Shown: positions 18,901-28,956, counted from the first letter of the stretch. The stretch is DNA of 64,000 nt from an uncultured Pirellulaceae bacterium (GCA_964589435.1 CAZPTT010000009.1:2457-66456); one strand, 5' to 3'. Translations and numbers: made by a program. The notes: generated by a model not told the origin, from the letters alone.

Positions 18901-19554
18901 GACGTAGTGGCAATCGCTGGTCGCCACGAGCGGGATTCCGACCGAGTTGGCGACTTCGACAGCTCCTTTGAGTTGTTCACGTTGGATGTCGACGCCGTTA
19001 TTCATGATCTCAATGAAGTAGCGCTCGCCAAAAACTCCTTGAAACCATTGAGCGATATCTGCGCCTTGTTGGAGATAGTCTTCGGCACCATTGCCACCGC
19101 GTTTCAAAACGGCTCGACTGAATTCGCTTGAGACACAACCACTCAAACAAATGATTCCCTCACTATGTGCCTCAAGTAATTCCTTATCAATTCGCGGCTT
19201 GAAGTAAAATCCTTCCAGACTGGCCTTGGAGGCCATTTGAACAAGGTTTCGAAAACCGGTTGCGTTCTGGCACAACAACGTCAGGTGGTAGCTGGAATCC
19301 CGGCCCGAGGTTCCCTTGGTTGTCCGGTGGCCGGGGGCGATATAGGCCTCATAACCGATAATCGGATTGATGTCTTTTTCACGACACTTTCGATAAAACT
19401 CGAGCGACCCATGCAAGTTGCCATGGTCAGTCAAAGCCAACGCGTTCATCCCATGGTCAACCGTTCGCTGAACAAGTTTGGGAATCGAGCTGGCTCCGTC
19501 CAACAGGCTGTAATGACTATGACAATGAAGATGGACAAACGGTCGCTGGGACAT
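15982..19554 (-). CDS. dnaE: DNA polymerase III alpha subunit
   Basis: PHP HLHCHSHYSLLDG, GSGVG, PDIDIDF, KMDFLGL, YGFNKSH and a C-terminal OB fold. Confidence 0.98.
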   Translation of the reverse strand: MSQRPFVHLHCHSHYSLLDGASSIPKLVQRTVDHGMNALALTDHGNLHGSLEFYRKCREKDINPIIGYEAYIAPGHRTTKGTSGRDSSYHLTLLCQNATGFRNLVQMASKASLEGFYFKPRIDKELLEAHSEGIICLSGCVSSEFSRAVLKRGGNGAEDYLQQGADIAQWFQGVFGERYFIEIMNNGVDIQREQLKGAVEVANSVGIPLVATSDCHYVDKEDAEAQDVMLCINMGKFRTDAQRMKMEGDQFYLRPPEEMYTKFPGLEDAVARSQEIANTVDIELELGKRFFPVFQLPEGKDPDERLSELCYEGLRDRYSDNPEMYSDGKFAQVVIDRLERELGVIRKLGFANYFLICWDFVDQARKQNVPATARGSGVGAIVCYATYLSHVCPIKYGLLFERFLDENRLEAPDIDIDFCKERRGDIIRYVKEKYGEESVAQIGTFGTMKARAAIKDVGRALGIPLARVNQVTGMVPDQLGITLDQAIASSEELKSVYEGDPEIAEMLDFARKLEGLARNIGTHAAAVVIGDGPLTDYVPLGRVAGKTDVITQWSMNDVEAAGLLKMDFLGLRTLTILRNSVDLIEQTTGERLDILKFPLDDKPTFALLQSGETKGVFQLESGGIRDLLQKMKPDHFSDIIATNALYRPGPLEGGMVQQYVDVKNGRRPAEYKLDVLKDIHEETHGVMVYQEQVMQILNRLGKIQLAAAYTCIKAISKKKEALIAQNYEQFMEGAVEQGLSKKDAQDMWDMILKFAGYGFNKSHSTAYALVAWQTAYLKTHYPVEFMAALLSGDIPGRNFTSKDSLVEHMEDCERMDIEVVAPNVNESDVEFTVADGKVFFAMSAIKGCGTGAAESIAKERKENGPFKSLFDFCERVEAQKCGRSSIECLIKAGAMDCFGVNRAQLFAVMERAMQSGAALLRDKQSGQMNMFGGDDDDDDDEAESIVDYPDVPEAEERETLAAEKEVLGFYLTSHPLAAYEDQLTRYCSHKTSGLEGTKDRDRVSMGGMISALKQSHVKNPRDPNSPTKYAMFDLEDVDGAIRCILWPQDYAKQGHMVVADGVVVLQGRLDYRGGDEANLIVDKVIPLAQLDENLTQGIKIMIDQNHHGHEGLKKAYEILRGYPGNRELKIELVLDNGMRVEMTSNKKVEINEQMTRRLKELLGKTSVEMLIDQKNLSAKAPPAPKWGGRG

Positions 19555-19880
19555 GATTGGCTAACAAAAGAATGGCAAACAAGAAAAAATTCGATTTCGC
19601 GTGGCAGCATTTGAATGCGGGTCGGTCATTTTAAAGCAGAATTCCAAGGCTGCCTACGACTAAACACGCCCTTGTTTTTCCGGCCTCAGGCAACTTTGAA
19701 TCGAATACGGCAATTGTAGCAATTATTCCCCGCAAGAATTTCGGAGGGGCTTCGAGGCCTTGGGAATTCGATAATAAACCTAGGCAGATCTATCAATTGC
19801 TGAGCTAAGCTTCGATAGATTTTGGAATCAGTTTTGAAAATTGCGACCCCTAATCCCTCCCTAAATTTCAGCTTCCCTAA

Positions 19881-20741
19881 ATGTCAACGTCATCCGAAAA
19901 CAGTTCACAGTCCGAGGACAAGACTGCTCAATTAATTGAGTATGTCGAAACCCTTGTTACGCTGAACGAACAACAGGAAGAGGTTAACGCAGAACTTTCG
20001 AATCGCGTGGAAAGCAGGATCAATGAAGTCTCGGCTCATGTTGACCAGCAGATGGACGTCATTCTAAATACAGTTCAACAAAAGCTGAATCAATTTCTGG
20101 ATGACCTCGCGGCTCCGCTTTCACATGCTTTGGAAAATCGATCAAACGACGCGCACTCCGGCCAAGCCATCGAAGCCAATGCCAAGCGGGCCGAATCTTC
20201 GGAAGACATTGACGGAGAAAACGACGCCGAAGGAAACGACGGCGAAGGGACTCACTCTGAATGGGAGAAGCAGAAAAAGGCAATGCTCGCTGACTTTGGA
20301 ATTGACCCAAATTCAGACACTCAAGATTCGCCGAAAAAAGGTTCGCTGAAAAACGATTCACTTAAAACCGAGCAACCGGTCGCGTCCGAAACCCCGCTGT
20401 TAGATGTTGAGCCGGCTCAAGAAGTTCTTGAGGCACTCCATGATTCGATCGAGAGCATCGAGAATATCGATTCCGAAGAAATCGAAAACTTGAAAACACA
20501 ACTCACTTCGAAACTACGTGATGCTGAGGTTGAACTGTCAATCAATCGAGCCAAGCTAAGTCAACAATGGGCAACTCTCGAACAACGACAATTCGAAATC
20601 GAACAACGCGAGAACAACCTCAAAAGCAAATACGCGAACGTCAGCAGCACCGGTGAAACAAGTAAAAAACAAGGCATGCTAGATCGATTGTCTCGACACT
20701 TGTCCCGTAGCAGTCACGATATTGATGCTGATGACGATTAG
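19881..20741 (+). CDS. Hypothetical acidic coiled-coil protein
   Basis: 286-aa ORF rich in E/Q with heptad-like stretches. Confidence 0.7.
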   Translation: MSTSSENSSQSEDKTAQLIEYVETLVTLNEQQEEVNAELSNRVESRINEVSAHVDQQMDVILNTVQQKLNQFLDDLAAPLSHALENRSNDAHSGQAIEANAKRAESSEDIDGENDAEGNDGEGTHSEWEKQKKAMLADFGIDPNSDTQDSPKKGSLKNDSLKTEQPVASETPLLDVEPAQEVLEALHDSIESIENIDSEEIENLKTQLTSKLRDAEVELSINRAKLSQQWATLEQRQFEIEQRENNLKSKYANVSSTGETSKKQGMLDRLSRHLSRSSHDIDADDD

Positions 20742-20950
20742 AAGATAAAACTTCTTTAGACTGCTGGTCACGAATAATTCTCGCCTGCCGCAGTCGCCAC
20801 CTCCGCGTTTCATCTGCTAGCAATACGCCCAAATCCAAGGCTATTCTCATAGGCGACACCTGTTCCCAATCCGCTAAATTGGTGCGGCCCCATTAAAGCC
20901 AATACCGAGCCAATACCGTTCAATGAAGAAGGACTTCGGAGCTTTCTGTC

Positions 20951-21024
20951 GTAGCTACCGTCGCCAGACGGTGGAAAACCGCGAATTCACTACGATCAAT
21001 CCACGCTCTGGCGAGCGTAGCTAC
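20951..21024. repeat. REP doublet (REPIN/BIME-like), GTAGCTAC family
   Basis: GTAG-CTACCGTC-GCCA-GACGGTGG (20951-20974) faces the inverted copy GTAG-CTACGCTC-GCCA-GAGCGTGG (21001-21024, minus). An outer inverted repeat CCGTTCAATGAA/TTCATTGAACGG spans 20916-21037. Confidence 0.8.
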
Positions 21025-21382
21025 GTTCATTGAACGGCATTGCCGTTGAAGCGGGCTCGGAGCTGGCTTGTCCGCCGAACGGATACTCAAATTGGTATTG
21101 TCTGCGGACGATTTGATTTGGTATCCAACAGTCGCCCGGAACCCCTGTTAGCTCAGCTCTACGTCATCACTTCGTCGAGCGTGGCTATAGGCAATTTGGA
21201 TACGGCAAGGAAGCCAATCGAATTCTCAAACTTCGAATTTGGATCAATTTAGTTATTTAGAATGACTGAGTTGAGCCACAGCTTTCAGATTTCTCGATCG
21301 AGATTTCTGGACTTGGCAGATTTGACCGACCATGCCGTTGACGTGCTTGGGCAGCACAATTTTTTGCATGTGGAACCGAGTC

Positions 21383-24244
21383 ATGTCTGATCCTTACGAC
21401 GAAGAAGAACAAGAGCGCAGTCCAAGATTCAGCCGAGCTTTAATGGGCAGAATTATTGGCATTGGTCTCTTCATCGCCCTCGGTACGTTTGCCGTTATTC
21501 AAATGACGGGAGGCGGCGAAAATAAGCAAGCCAACTTGGAAAATGGCGCGCAAACTGATGGGCAGGCGGAACCAGGTTCCATCGATGGAAAATCGCCTTC
21601 GCTCATGGAACGCGCTAGTAGCCTCTTCGGCGGCGGGAAAAAAAATCCGCCAGACCAAAACAAAACTGTAAAACCAGGCGACAAAGACAACGCTGCTTTC
21701 GCTTCAACACCTCCGCTCAAACCTGGCGCGAAGCTTGGCGGAAAGCCAGGTTCGGCAGGCGGTTCATTTGCGGCAAACAGTTCGTTCAACCCGATCGGCG
21801 GAGCAAAGGCACCGGGGAACGGCTTGAAAACGGAACCCTTCGCCAACTCGAACAAGCCAACAACGACTCCAGTCAAGACTTCCAAACCGGTAACGCCTTC
21901 GAACCAATTCGGCACACAACCGCCGGCCGACCGATACGCTCAGCGAACTGGTGGTGTTCCGATCATCGGAAGCTCGAATGGTTTTAACGCGCGAACTGCG
22001 GCAGGAAACGCCGCTGGAGCCATTGCTGACAAGCTGAACCAAGCGAAAAACAAAACCCTCGATACTGCTAAACAAACAGCCTCGAACATTGGCAACGCTG
22101 CCAACGCAAAACTGGATTCGCTGCAAAAAAGCGCTGGCAACGCGGCCAACAATTTAATGTCGCAGATCCCTAGTCGAGGTCAGACAACGAGATCGCCGCA
22201 GACGCCAGCGTTCAACGCCAACCTTCGGACTCCGACCGCGAAGCCACCGTCGAACAACAGTTTCGGTAGCCGTCCTGTGTTGAAAACAAATCTGGCGACT
22301 ACGACTTCCAAGAGCGGGCCCCAGTCTGCCCCGTCGAATCCATTCGCATCGCCACGCTCGACCGCTCCGGCAGTCAAACCAAGCACAAATCTGGCTGGCG
22401 GCATTGGAATCCCAACCAGTCCGGCTCTGTCGACCAACCGACCGCCTGCAAAACGGGCTTCGACCCAAAGTTTTTCTCCGCTTAAAACAGCCCCTCGCTC
22501 GCCGCTCCAGTCACCGATCCAAAACCGATTGAATAACAACGTCGCCTCGCCGACAACCGCACCAAAAAACCCATTCAACTCGGCTTCCCCAATCAACCGA
22601 ACACCGAGCGTTGGCCAATCGACACAAAGCCAATCGACACAAATCCGTGGCCAATCGACACAGAGCCCACCGGCTCGTTCAAACAATTCGTTTGGATCAA
22701 CGCGTCCATCGACAACAACGCAATCCCCAATCCCAAACCGGGCCGGCAGTCGTCTTGGGAACGCCAGCCCGTTTTCCAAAGCAAGCACTGGCGTAGCCGT
22801 ACGATCCAGCACATCGCCTACCAACGCCAGAACTGAGAATGTCCCAGGCGACCGAAAACTAGAAGGCGTCCAGACTCCTGCGTTGACGGTTGAGAAGCTT
22901 TCGCCGCGGGAAATTCAAGTCAACCAAACCGCCGACTTTCAGATCGTTGTCAAAAACGTTGGTCGTGTCTCCGCTGAAGACGTATCGGTTTATGATCAGG
23001 TTCCAGCGGGGACTCAATTTCTGGGTTCATCGCCCGAACCGTCTGGAGTCAGCAACGACAAGCGACTGACTTGGAATATCGGAGCGTTGCGTCCTGGGCA
23101 AGAGAAGCGAATCAAATTGCAACTTCGCCCGACGCAGCCAGGAGAAATTGGCAGCGTGGCTCACGTCACATTTTCTACACAGGCTTCGATGCGCACCTTG
23201 GTAACCAAACCAGTGCTACAGATTACTCACCGATCGAAACCGACGGTTTTAATCGGCGATGATGTGATCTTTGACGTGGTCGTCGAAAACAAAGGCGACG
23301 GAGCCGCGCGAGATGTCGTTGTTCAAGAGGACGTCCCGCAACAGCTTGAATGGCCCAATGGCATGGCCGACGAAGGGCTGGAATATGAAATCGGTACCTT
23401 GATGCCCGGCCAATCCAAACGAATCCAATTGGGACTCAAAGCCGCTCGAATTGGCCGGCTTCGAAACGTCATGTTTGCGACGGCGGCTGGCGGTTTGAAA
23501 ACAAAACACGAAATCGACATGGAAGTCGTTGCCCCGAACCTTTCCACAACATCTTCGGGTCCAAAACTGCGTTACCTTCAACGCGAAGCCACGCACAAGT
23601 TTGCCGTTGCCAACCAAGGCACCGCGGCCGCGACCAATGTCGATCTCATCGCCCGACTGCCGGCGGGCCTGCGATTTGTCCGCGCCGACAATCGAGGCCG
23701 GTATGATGCTAACTCACATGCGGTGTACTGGAGCCTTGCTGAACTAGGACTGAAAGCTAACGCGGGAGTCGAACTGACCACGATGCCGGTTGAAGTTGGC
23801 AATCAGGACATCAAGTTCGAGGCCGTGGCTGACTTGAACCAAAAAGCCCAAGCAATCCAGAACCTGGCCGTCGAACACCTAGTCGATGTTTTCTTTGATA
23901 TCGATGACGTTGTTGATCCAATTGAAATCGGCAGCAAGACGAGTTATCGCATTCGGATCGTCAACCAGGGAACCAAAGCTGCGACCAACGTTCAACTGCA
24001 AATTGATTTTCCCAACGGCTTGATTCCGACGTCGGTTGACGGCAACCTGCAGAATCAAATTCAGGGTCAGCGAATTCTCTTCACGCCGATCAGTAGCATG
24101 AGCCCGGGCGACCAAATTCAATTCCTGGTTCATGGCCAGGGCCAAGCCGCCGGTGACCACCGCGTGGTGGTCAACATGCGAGCCGATGGTCGACAGACAC
24201 CAGTTTCTAAAGAAGAGACGACACGCGTTTATTCCGATCGCTAA
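21383..24244 (+). CDS. Membrane-anchored DUF11 repeat protein with long low-complexity P/S/T/N linker
   Basis: N-terminal TM; DUF11-like repeats (V.K..P.......F.I.V.N.G...A.DV.V.D..P.G..F). ATG at 21383 preferred over 21332. Confidence 0.85.
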   Translation: MSDPYDEEEQERSPRFSRALMGRIIGIGLFIALGTFAVIQMTGGGENKQANLENGAQTDGQAEPGSIDGKSPSLMERASSLFGGGKKNPPDQNKTVKPGDKDNAAFASTPPLKPGAKLGGKPGSAGGSFAANSSFNPIGGAKAPGNGLKTEPFANSNKPTTTPVKTSKPVTPSNQFGTQPPADRYAQRTGGVPIIGSSNGFNARTAAGNAAGAIADKLNQAKNKTLDTAKQTASNIGNAANAKLDSLQKSAGNAANNLMSQIPSRGQTTRSPQTPAFNANLRTPTAKPPSNNSFGSRPVLKTNLATTTSKSGPQSAPSNPFASPRSTAPAVKPSTNLAGGIGIPTSPALSTNRPPAKRASTQSFSPLKTAPRSPLQSPIQNRLNNNVASPTTAPKNPFNSASPINRTPSVGQSTQSQSTQIRGQSTQSPPARSNNSFGSTRPSTTTQSPIPNRAGSRLGNASPFSKASTGVAVRSSTSPTNARTENVPGDRKLEGVQTPALTVEKLSPREIQVNQTADFQIVVKNVGRVSAEDVSVYDQVPAGTQFLGSSPEPSGVSNDKRLTWNIGALRPGQEKRIKLQLRPTQPGEIGSVAHVTFSTQASMRTLVTKPVLQITHRSKPTVLIGDDVIFDVVVENKGDGAARDVVVQEDVPQQLEWPNGMADEGLEYEIGTLMPGQSKRIQLGLKAARIGRLRNVMFATAAGGLKTKHEIDMEVVAPNLSTTSSGPKLRYLQREATHKFAVANQGTAAATNVDLIARLPAGLRFVRADNRGRYDANSHAVYWSLAELGLKANAGVELTTMPVEVGNQDIKFEAVADLNQKAQAIQNLAVEHLVDVFFDIDDVVDPIEIGSKTSYRIRIVNQGTKAATNVQLQIDFPNGLIPTSVDGNLQNQIQGQRILFTPISSMSPGDQIQFLVHGQGQAAGDHRVVVNMRADGRQTPVSKEETTRVYSDR
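22613..22663 (+). repeat. Coding 15-bp repeats (GQSTQ/SQSTQ)
   Basis: (G/A)GCCAATCGACACA(A/G) three times, with a 6-bp spacer before the third copy. Confidence 0.75.
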
Positions 24245-24337
24245 ATCTGATCGAAATTCACACTGGCGAGCCGCTGAAAATTCGATCAATAAGCCGAGCT
24301 ATCGAGAGCTAAGAGTTGGCTCCAACTTTGCCCGCTC

Positions 24338-25135
24338 TCAATCCACCGGCGGCGTGGAAAACGAGTCGGCTTTGTGGCGATAGTCGGACAAAAATTCTGA
24401 GTTCAAAAAGCCCAAGTGGATTTTGCCCTGGAACCGTTCTTCGACGCGCTGACGCATCGTTTGAAACTCACCGGCTGGCACGACAAGATCGCGAACCTTC
24501 TCGTGATCAATATTGCGGCTGTCTGGAAGATATTCCATTTCTCGGAAAAAGACTTTCTTAATGCCCGACTCGAACGCGAACTCGGTTAGCGATTCCATCT
24601 CGCCGACGTTAACTGCCGTAACGACCGCCATGATTTGAACAAACACGTCGGGCAACGTTTCTCGAAACGATTGCAGGTTGCGAATGACTTTGTCGATGCT
24701 CGAACCACCACGCAACGTTTTGTGAGTTTCGCCATTGGCCGAATCCATTGAAACGGAAAGCAAATTAAGGCCGGCAGTTTTGAATTTTTCTAGATCATGT
24801 CGATGCAATGACAGCCCATTCGTCTGCAGTGAAAAAACGTCCGATGGATTCGCGTTTGAATTTGCCGCCAGCAACATCAGGTCGGCCAATCGCTCATCGA
24901 TCGTCGGCTCCATGCCACAACCAAATTGCAAATTATCAACGGCGGTTACGTTTTCGGAAAAGAATGCTTTGAGATCGGCAAACTCAATGATTCGATCCGA
25001 CCGATCAACACGGCAGTAAACACACTTCAAGTTGCAGTTGTCGTTGGCGTCGATACGTAGCCATTCAAAATGCTTGGCTGGCTGTTGACGAAGGTAGTCA
25101 AAATTGACGACTCGCAGTCGCACATGTGGCTTCAT
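24338..25135 (-). CDS. Radical SAM protein
   Basis: CNLKCVYC (CxxxCxxC), GMEPT, TNG and SVSMDS motifs. Start at ATG 25135 or GTG 25168. Confidence 0.88.
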   Translation of the reverse strand: MKPHVRLRVVNFDYLRQQPAKHFEWLRIDANDNCNLKCVYCRVDRSDRIIEFADLKAFFSENVTAVDNLQFGCGMEPTIDERLADLMLLAANSNANPSDVFSLQTNGLSLHRHDLEKFKTAGLNLLSVSMDSANGETHKTLRGGSSIDKVIRNLQSFRETLPDVFVQIMAVVTAVNVGEMESLTEFAFESGIKKVFFREMEYLPDSRNIDHEKVRDLVVPAGEFQTMRQRVEERFQGKIHLGFLNSEFLSDYRHKADSFSTPPVD

Positions 25136-25481
25136 CGTTGCCTCGTTGTGAGCCTTGGAAATGGTCACCTAACGGATCGCTTATGAAACAACTTACCTCA
25201 AAACCACCATCTGAATTGCCGAATCAGTTTGATTGCCGGGGAAATCGAAAGGCTGATACTGGCTGACACCCGTAGGACGGCGACTCCGGAACGATTTATC
25301 CCTTTGGATCTCCATTTTCCATCGGCATTTACGGCTCTTGGCGTTTAGGGAAGGGGATGTTTTTGGTAGGATATGCGGCTCGGATAAATTATCGAAACAC
25401 GTTCTGTCCGACGCCGCAGAGACCTTCGCGGTTCCGGATTTTCGCAAGTCGGTGATCGTCATTTCGGCTCAGATTGCGGTG

Positions 25482-25536
25482 GGTTCAGTTTCGTTAGGTT
25501 CAGTTTCGTTAGGTTCATTTTCGTTTAGTTCATTTT
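25482..25536. repeat. About 3.7 copies of a 15-bp tandem repeat upstream of tpiA
   Basis: GGTTCAGTTTCGTTA exact twice, then GGTTCATTTTCGTTT and AGTTCATTTT. Confidence 0.8.
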
Positions 25537-25567
25537 ACTCCCCATTCAAATCATTGCTGGAGTTGTT

Positions 25568-26335
25568 GTGAGAAGACCATTAATTGCTGGTAACTGGAAA
25601 ATGAATTTGAATCGCGCCGACTCGGTCTCACTGGCACGAGACCTGGCAGCCGCTGACGTCAACTCAGACACCGACGTGTTGGTCTGCCCACCTGCCGTTT
25701 ACCTCGATGCTGTTTCGGCAGCCGTTTCTGAATCCGGCGTGGCGATTGGCGGCCAAGATGTCTACTTCGAAGCGGCGGGAGCATTTACCGGCGAGACCAG
25801 CACCTCGATGCTGGCTGACATCGGCTGCACCTTCGTAATTCTTGGACACAGCGAGCGGCGCCACGTCATGGGAGAAACAGACGAGGTTGTCAACAAAAAG
25901 ATTGTTGCCGCGCTTGCCGCTGGACTGACTCCGATCCTTTGCGTCGGCGAATTGCTGGAAGAACGAGAAGCTGGCAAAACAGCGGAAGTGGTCAAGGCTC
26001 AGTTTACCGGCTCTTTGGCCGGCCTGAGCGACTCAGACGTTCGCAAGACCGTCATCGCTTACGAGCCGGTTTGGGCAATCGGAACTGGTAAAACAGCATC
26101 TCCCGAGCAAGCCCAAGAAGTCCACGCTGACCTTCGCAAATTGCTGGCCGAACAGTATAATTCTGAGACTTCGGACACAGTGCGGATTCTTTACGGCGGC
26201 AGCGTAAAACCAGGGAACGCGGTTGAGTTGATTTCTCAGCCCGACATTGATGGAGCTTTGGTGGGAGGAGCCTCTTTAAAATCGGAGAGCTTCCTCGCAA
26301 TCATTAGCGCCGCTGGCGTTGGTTCAGCCAGCTAA
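25568..26335 (+). CDS. tpiA: Triosephosphate isomerase
   Basis: IAGNWKMN, GHSERR, AYEPVWAIGTG, YGGSV and LVGGASL. Confidence 0.99.
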   Translation: MRRPLIAGNWKMNLNRADSVSLARDLAAADVNSDTDVLVCPPAVYLDAVSAAVSESGVAIGGQDVYFEAAGAFTGETSTSMLADIGCTFVILGHSERRHVMGETDEVVNKKIVAALAAGLTPILCVGELLEEREAGKTAEVVKAQFTGSLAGLSDSDVRKTVIAYEPVWAIGTGKTASPEQAQEVHADLRKLLAEQYNSETSDTVRILYGGSVKPGNAVELISQPDIDGALVGGASLKSESFLAIISAAGVGSAS

Positions 26336-26498
26336 TTAAACGATAGCTGGATCGTTGCTTAAGTCGCGTGCTCTGCACCATTGAGGCGTTGTTCTTCAAC
26401 AACCTGAAAATTAAAAACCAATACGATCTTCTGTAGATCGAAACAACTTACGGCATGACTCAAAGTGCCTTTTGCAAAATCACCATTTCGAGATTGAT

Positions 26499-27041
26499 AT
26501 GACCGTCGAACTATCATTGGCAAACTTGACCTTTGGCCTGCTTGGCTTAAACGCCGGTCTATTGTTCATGGAAGTCCTCTTGTTCTGTACTTCTCTGTTT
26601 CTGATGCTGCTGGTTCTCGTCCAGCGTGGCAAAGGTGGTGGACTGACCGGAGCACTGGGCGGCATGGGTGGCCAAAGCGCGTTCGGCTCGAAAGCTGGCG
26701 ATGCCTTCACCAAAATCACAGTCATCACCGCGATCGTTTGGATCACATTGTGCATGATTACGATCGCTGCCTTCAATCCTCCTCCGCGATCAGTTTCGAT
26801 TTCGGACAATGACCGCGATGATGCCGCGGCCGGATCCATGACGGGCGACTCAGAGGACTCCGATTCAGTCGACACGGAGTCGACCGAATCGGAGACGGGA
26901 AGCGATGCTCCTGCTGAAACAGATTCCTCAGGTGAAATCGATTTCTCTTCGACTGCACCTGATACTTCCGCTGCGGAAGAGTCGCAGCCCGATCTTAGTG
27001 GGCCAGAAGACGGCGGATCAACGGATTCCGACGATAACTAA
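26499..27041 (+). CDS. secG: Preprotein translocase subunit SecG with acidic tail
   Basis: [36 protein letters not shown], located downstream of tpiA. Confidence 0.93.
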   Translation: MTVELSLANLTFGLLGLNAGLLFMEVLLFCTSLFLMLLVLVQRGKGGGLTGALGGMGGQSAFGSKAGDAFTKITVITAIVWITLCMITIAAFNPPPRSVSISDNDRDDAAAGSMTGDSEDSDSVDTESTESETGSDAPAETDSSGEIDFSSTAPDTSAAEESQPDLSGPEDGGSTDSDDN

Positions 27042-27153
27042 CGCGACACTACGGCTCGCCAGGCGTTCTCTGAATTCCCGTCAGCCTTTGTGATATCACC
27101 GCCAGCGATCGATTCGTTTTGGCAAATCTTCATTCGAGATTCGGAGTGGGTTT

Positions 27154-28023
27154 TTGTTACTTAGCATGACCGGACAAGGGCAGTCCCTTGTTCAGAATTC
27201 CCAAATTCGGATCTTGGCCGAAGTGCGTTCGGTCAACAATCGTTTTTTGAAAACGAATATCAATTGTGATTTGGATGCGAAGCATCAAGCTCAACTGGAA
27301 GAACTCCTCAAGCAGCACGTCAATCGTGGTAGCGTCTACTTGAAGATCAAGATTCACAAGCTTGACCGAAGCGAAGACTTCAAGTTGAACGAATCGGTGT
27401 TGCGGGCTTATTGGCTACAGCTTTCGGAGATTGCCGGTAGCAGCCAATCAGTCAACGTCGAATCATTGCTGACTCTTCCGGGCGTTATTCAAGACAACGT
27501 CGACGAGGAGCATTCGGCCACCGTTTGGCCCGCTGTTCAACAGGCCGTCACCGAAGCCATGGAAAAGCTGACCGAGATGCGGTCAACCGAAGGCGATGTG
27601 ATGCGGCAGGACATGACCCAGAACTGTGATTCGATCACCGAAGACCTAAAGTGCATCGAAAAACTGGCTCCACAAGTTATCGAGAACTATTCCCAAAAAA
27701 TCACCGATCGCATCAATAACATGCTTGAAAAACATGACGTCTCGGTTCAACCTGCTGATGTGATCCGCGAGGTTGGAATATTCGCGGAACGAGTTGACAT
27801 ATCCGAAGAAACAGTTCGGCTTGGCAGCCACATTCAACAGTTCGGAAACATCATGGATGCGGAAACCAGCAACGGCCGCAAACTTGACTTTTTGATTCAG
27901 GAAATGCTGAGAGAAACGAATACAATCGGCTCCAAAGCGAATGATGCGGAAATTGCCAACCGGGTGATTTCCATCAAAACGGCGATCGAGCGAATTCGAG
28001 AAATGGTTCAAAACGTCGAATGA
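27154..28023 (+). CDS. yicC: YicC/YloC family endoribonuclease
   Basis: SMTG, EVRSVNNRFL, DISEE, GRKLDFLIQEMLRETNTIGSK and IREMVQNVE. Confidence 0.95.
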   Translation: MLLSMTGQGQSLVQNSQIRILAEVRSVNNRFLKTNINCDLDAKHQAQLEELLKQHVNRGSVYLKIKIHKLDRSEDFKLNESVLRAYWLQLSEIAGSSQSVNVESLLTLPGVIQDNVDEEHSATVWPAVQQAVTEAMEKLTEMRSTEGDVMRQDMTQNCDSITEDLKCIEKLAPQVIENYSQKITDRINNMLEKHDVSVQPADVIREVGIFAERVDISEETVRLGSHIQQFGNIMDAETSNGRKLDFLIQEMLRETNTIGSKANDAEIANRVISIKTAIERIREMVQNVE

Positions 28024-28673
28024 GTGATCAACCCAACAACCGCCAAGAATCAGAGACGGAAGTCCAGAATATGGCCGAAAGTGGCAAACACGAACCTGGT
28101 GAAACAAAGAGCGGTGAGTTGGTCATCATTTCTGGCCCATCGGGCGTTGGCAAGACGACAGTCCTGAAGACGCTGTTTGAAAACTGTCCGCTGCCGATCA
28201 AGGAAAGCGTGTCTTGTACGACTCGCCCGATGCGACCGGGTGAAACGGACGGGGTTAGTTACCGTTACCTTGATGAAGAGCAATTTAGAAAACACCGTGA
28301 AGCCGGAGAATTCCTCGAATGCTGCGAAGTATTCGGACGGGGACATTGGTATGGAACCCTTCGAGAGCCGGTAACCACTGGTCTTTCTGAAGGGAAATGG
28401 ATAGTCTTAGAGTTGGATGTTGAGGGTGCGGCCAAGGTTTTAAAGATCTTTCCGGATGCAATTTCAGTATTCATTCACCCAGGCAGCCTTGAGGAACTTG
28501 AAAGGCGCCTCCGTGGTCGAGGCACGGAAAAAGAGGAAGCGCTGGCCAGGCGACTGGAAGTAGCCAGCCACGAACTGGAAGCTTCGGTCATCTATCGCCA
28601 CATCGTTACCAATCAATCGGTCGAACAGACCGCCACAGATATCTGCGACATCCTGCAGCAATCGGAGAACTAA
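28020..28673 (+). CDS. gmk: Guanylate kinase
   Basis: ISGPSGVGKTT, SCTTRPMRPGE.DG..Y and WYGT. Confidence 0.97.
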   Translation: MSDQPNNRQESETEVQNMAESGKHEPGETKSGELVIISGPSGVGKTTVLKTLFENCPLPIKESVSCTTRPMRPGETDGVSYRYLDEEQFRKHREAGEFLECCEVFGRGHWYGTLREPVTTGLSEGKWIVLELDVEGAAKVLKIFPDAISVFIHPGSLEELERRLRGRGTEKEEALARRLEVASHELEASVIYRHIVTNQSVEQTATDICDILQQSEN

Positions 28674-28677
28674 CTGA

Positions 28678-28938
28678 ATGTATGATGAACTAAAAGAAGA
28701 AGCGATTGTCCGTAAAGTTGGCGGTCGATTCAAATTGTCGACTTTGATTCAAAAGCGAATGGTTCAACTGAACCAAGGCGCTCGCCCATTGGTCGACACG
28801 AACAAGTCGGACAAGATGGCGATTGTGTTGCAGGAAATCCTCAACGACAAAATCTATCTCGATTCGTCGAACAGCGTCGGCGTCGGAGAGTCTCCGGACT
28901 TCGAAGACACGCCTGAATTGAATCTCGACGATCTCTAA
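28678..28938 (+). CDS. rpoZ: RNA polymerase omega subunit
   Basis: [17 protein letters not shown], at the conserved position after gmk. Confidence 0.88.
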   Translation: MYDELKEEAIVRKVGGRFKLSTLIQKRMVQLNQGARPLVDTNKSDKMAIVLQEILNDKIYLDSSNSVGVGESPDFEDTPELNLDDL

Positions 28939-28956
28939 ACCGGACATCCGATCCGA

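Noticed and set aside
17266-19131. Long antisense ORFs (e.g. 17266..18018, 18385..19131, 12010..12774, 47370..47915)
   Set aside because: They are shadows of well-supported genes on the other strand or frame, with no independent motifs.
15982-19554. Possible intein or split in dnaE
   Set aside because: The length (1190 aa) and motif spacing are ordinary, with no C/S...HN intein ends or LAGLIDADG insert seen.
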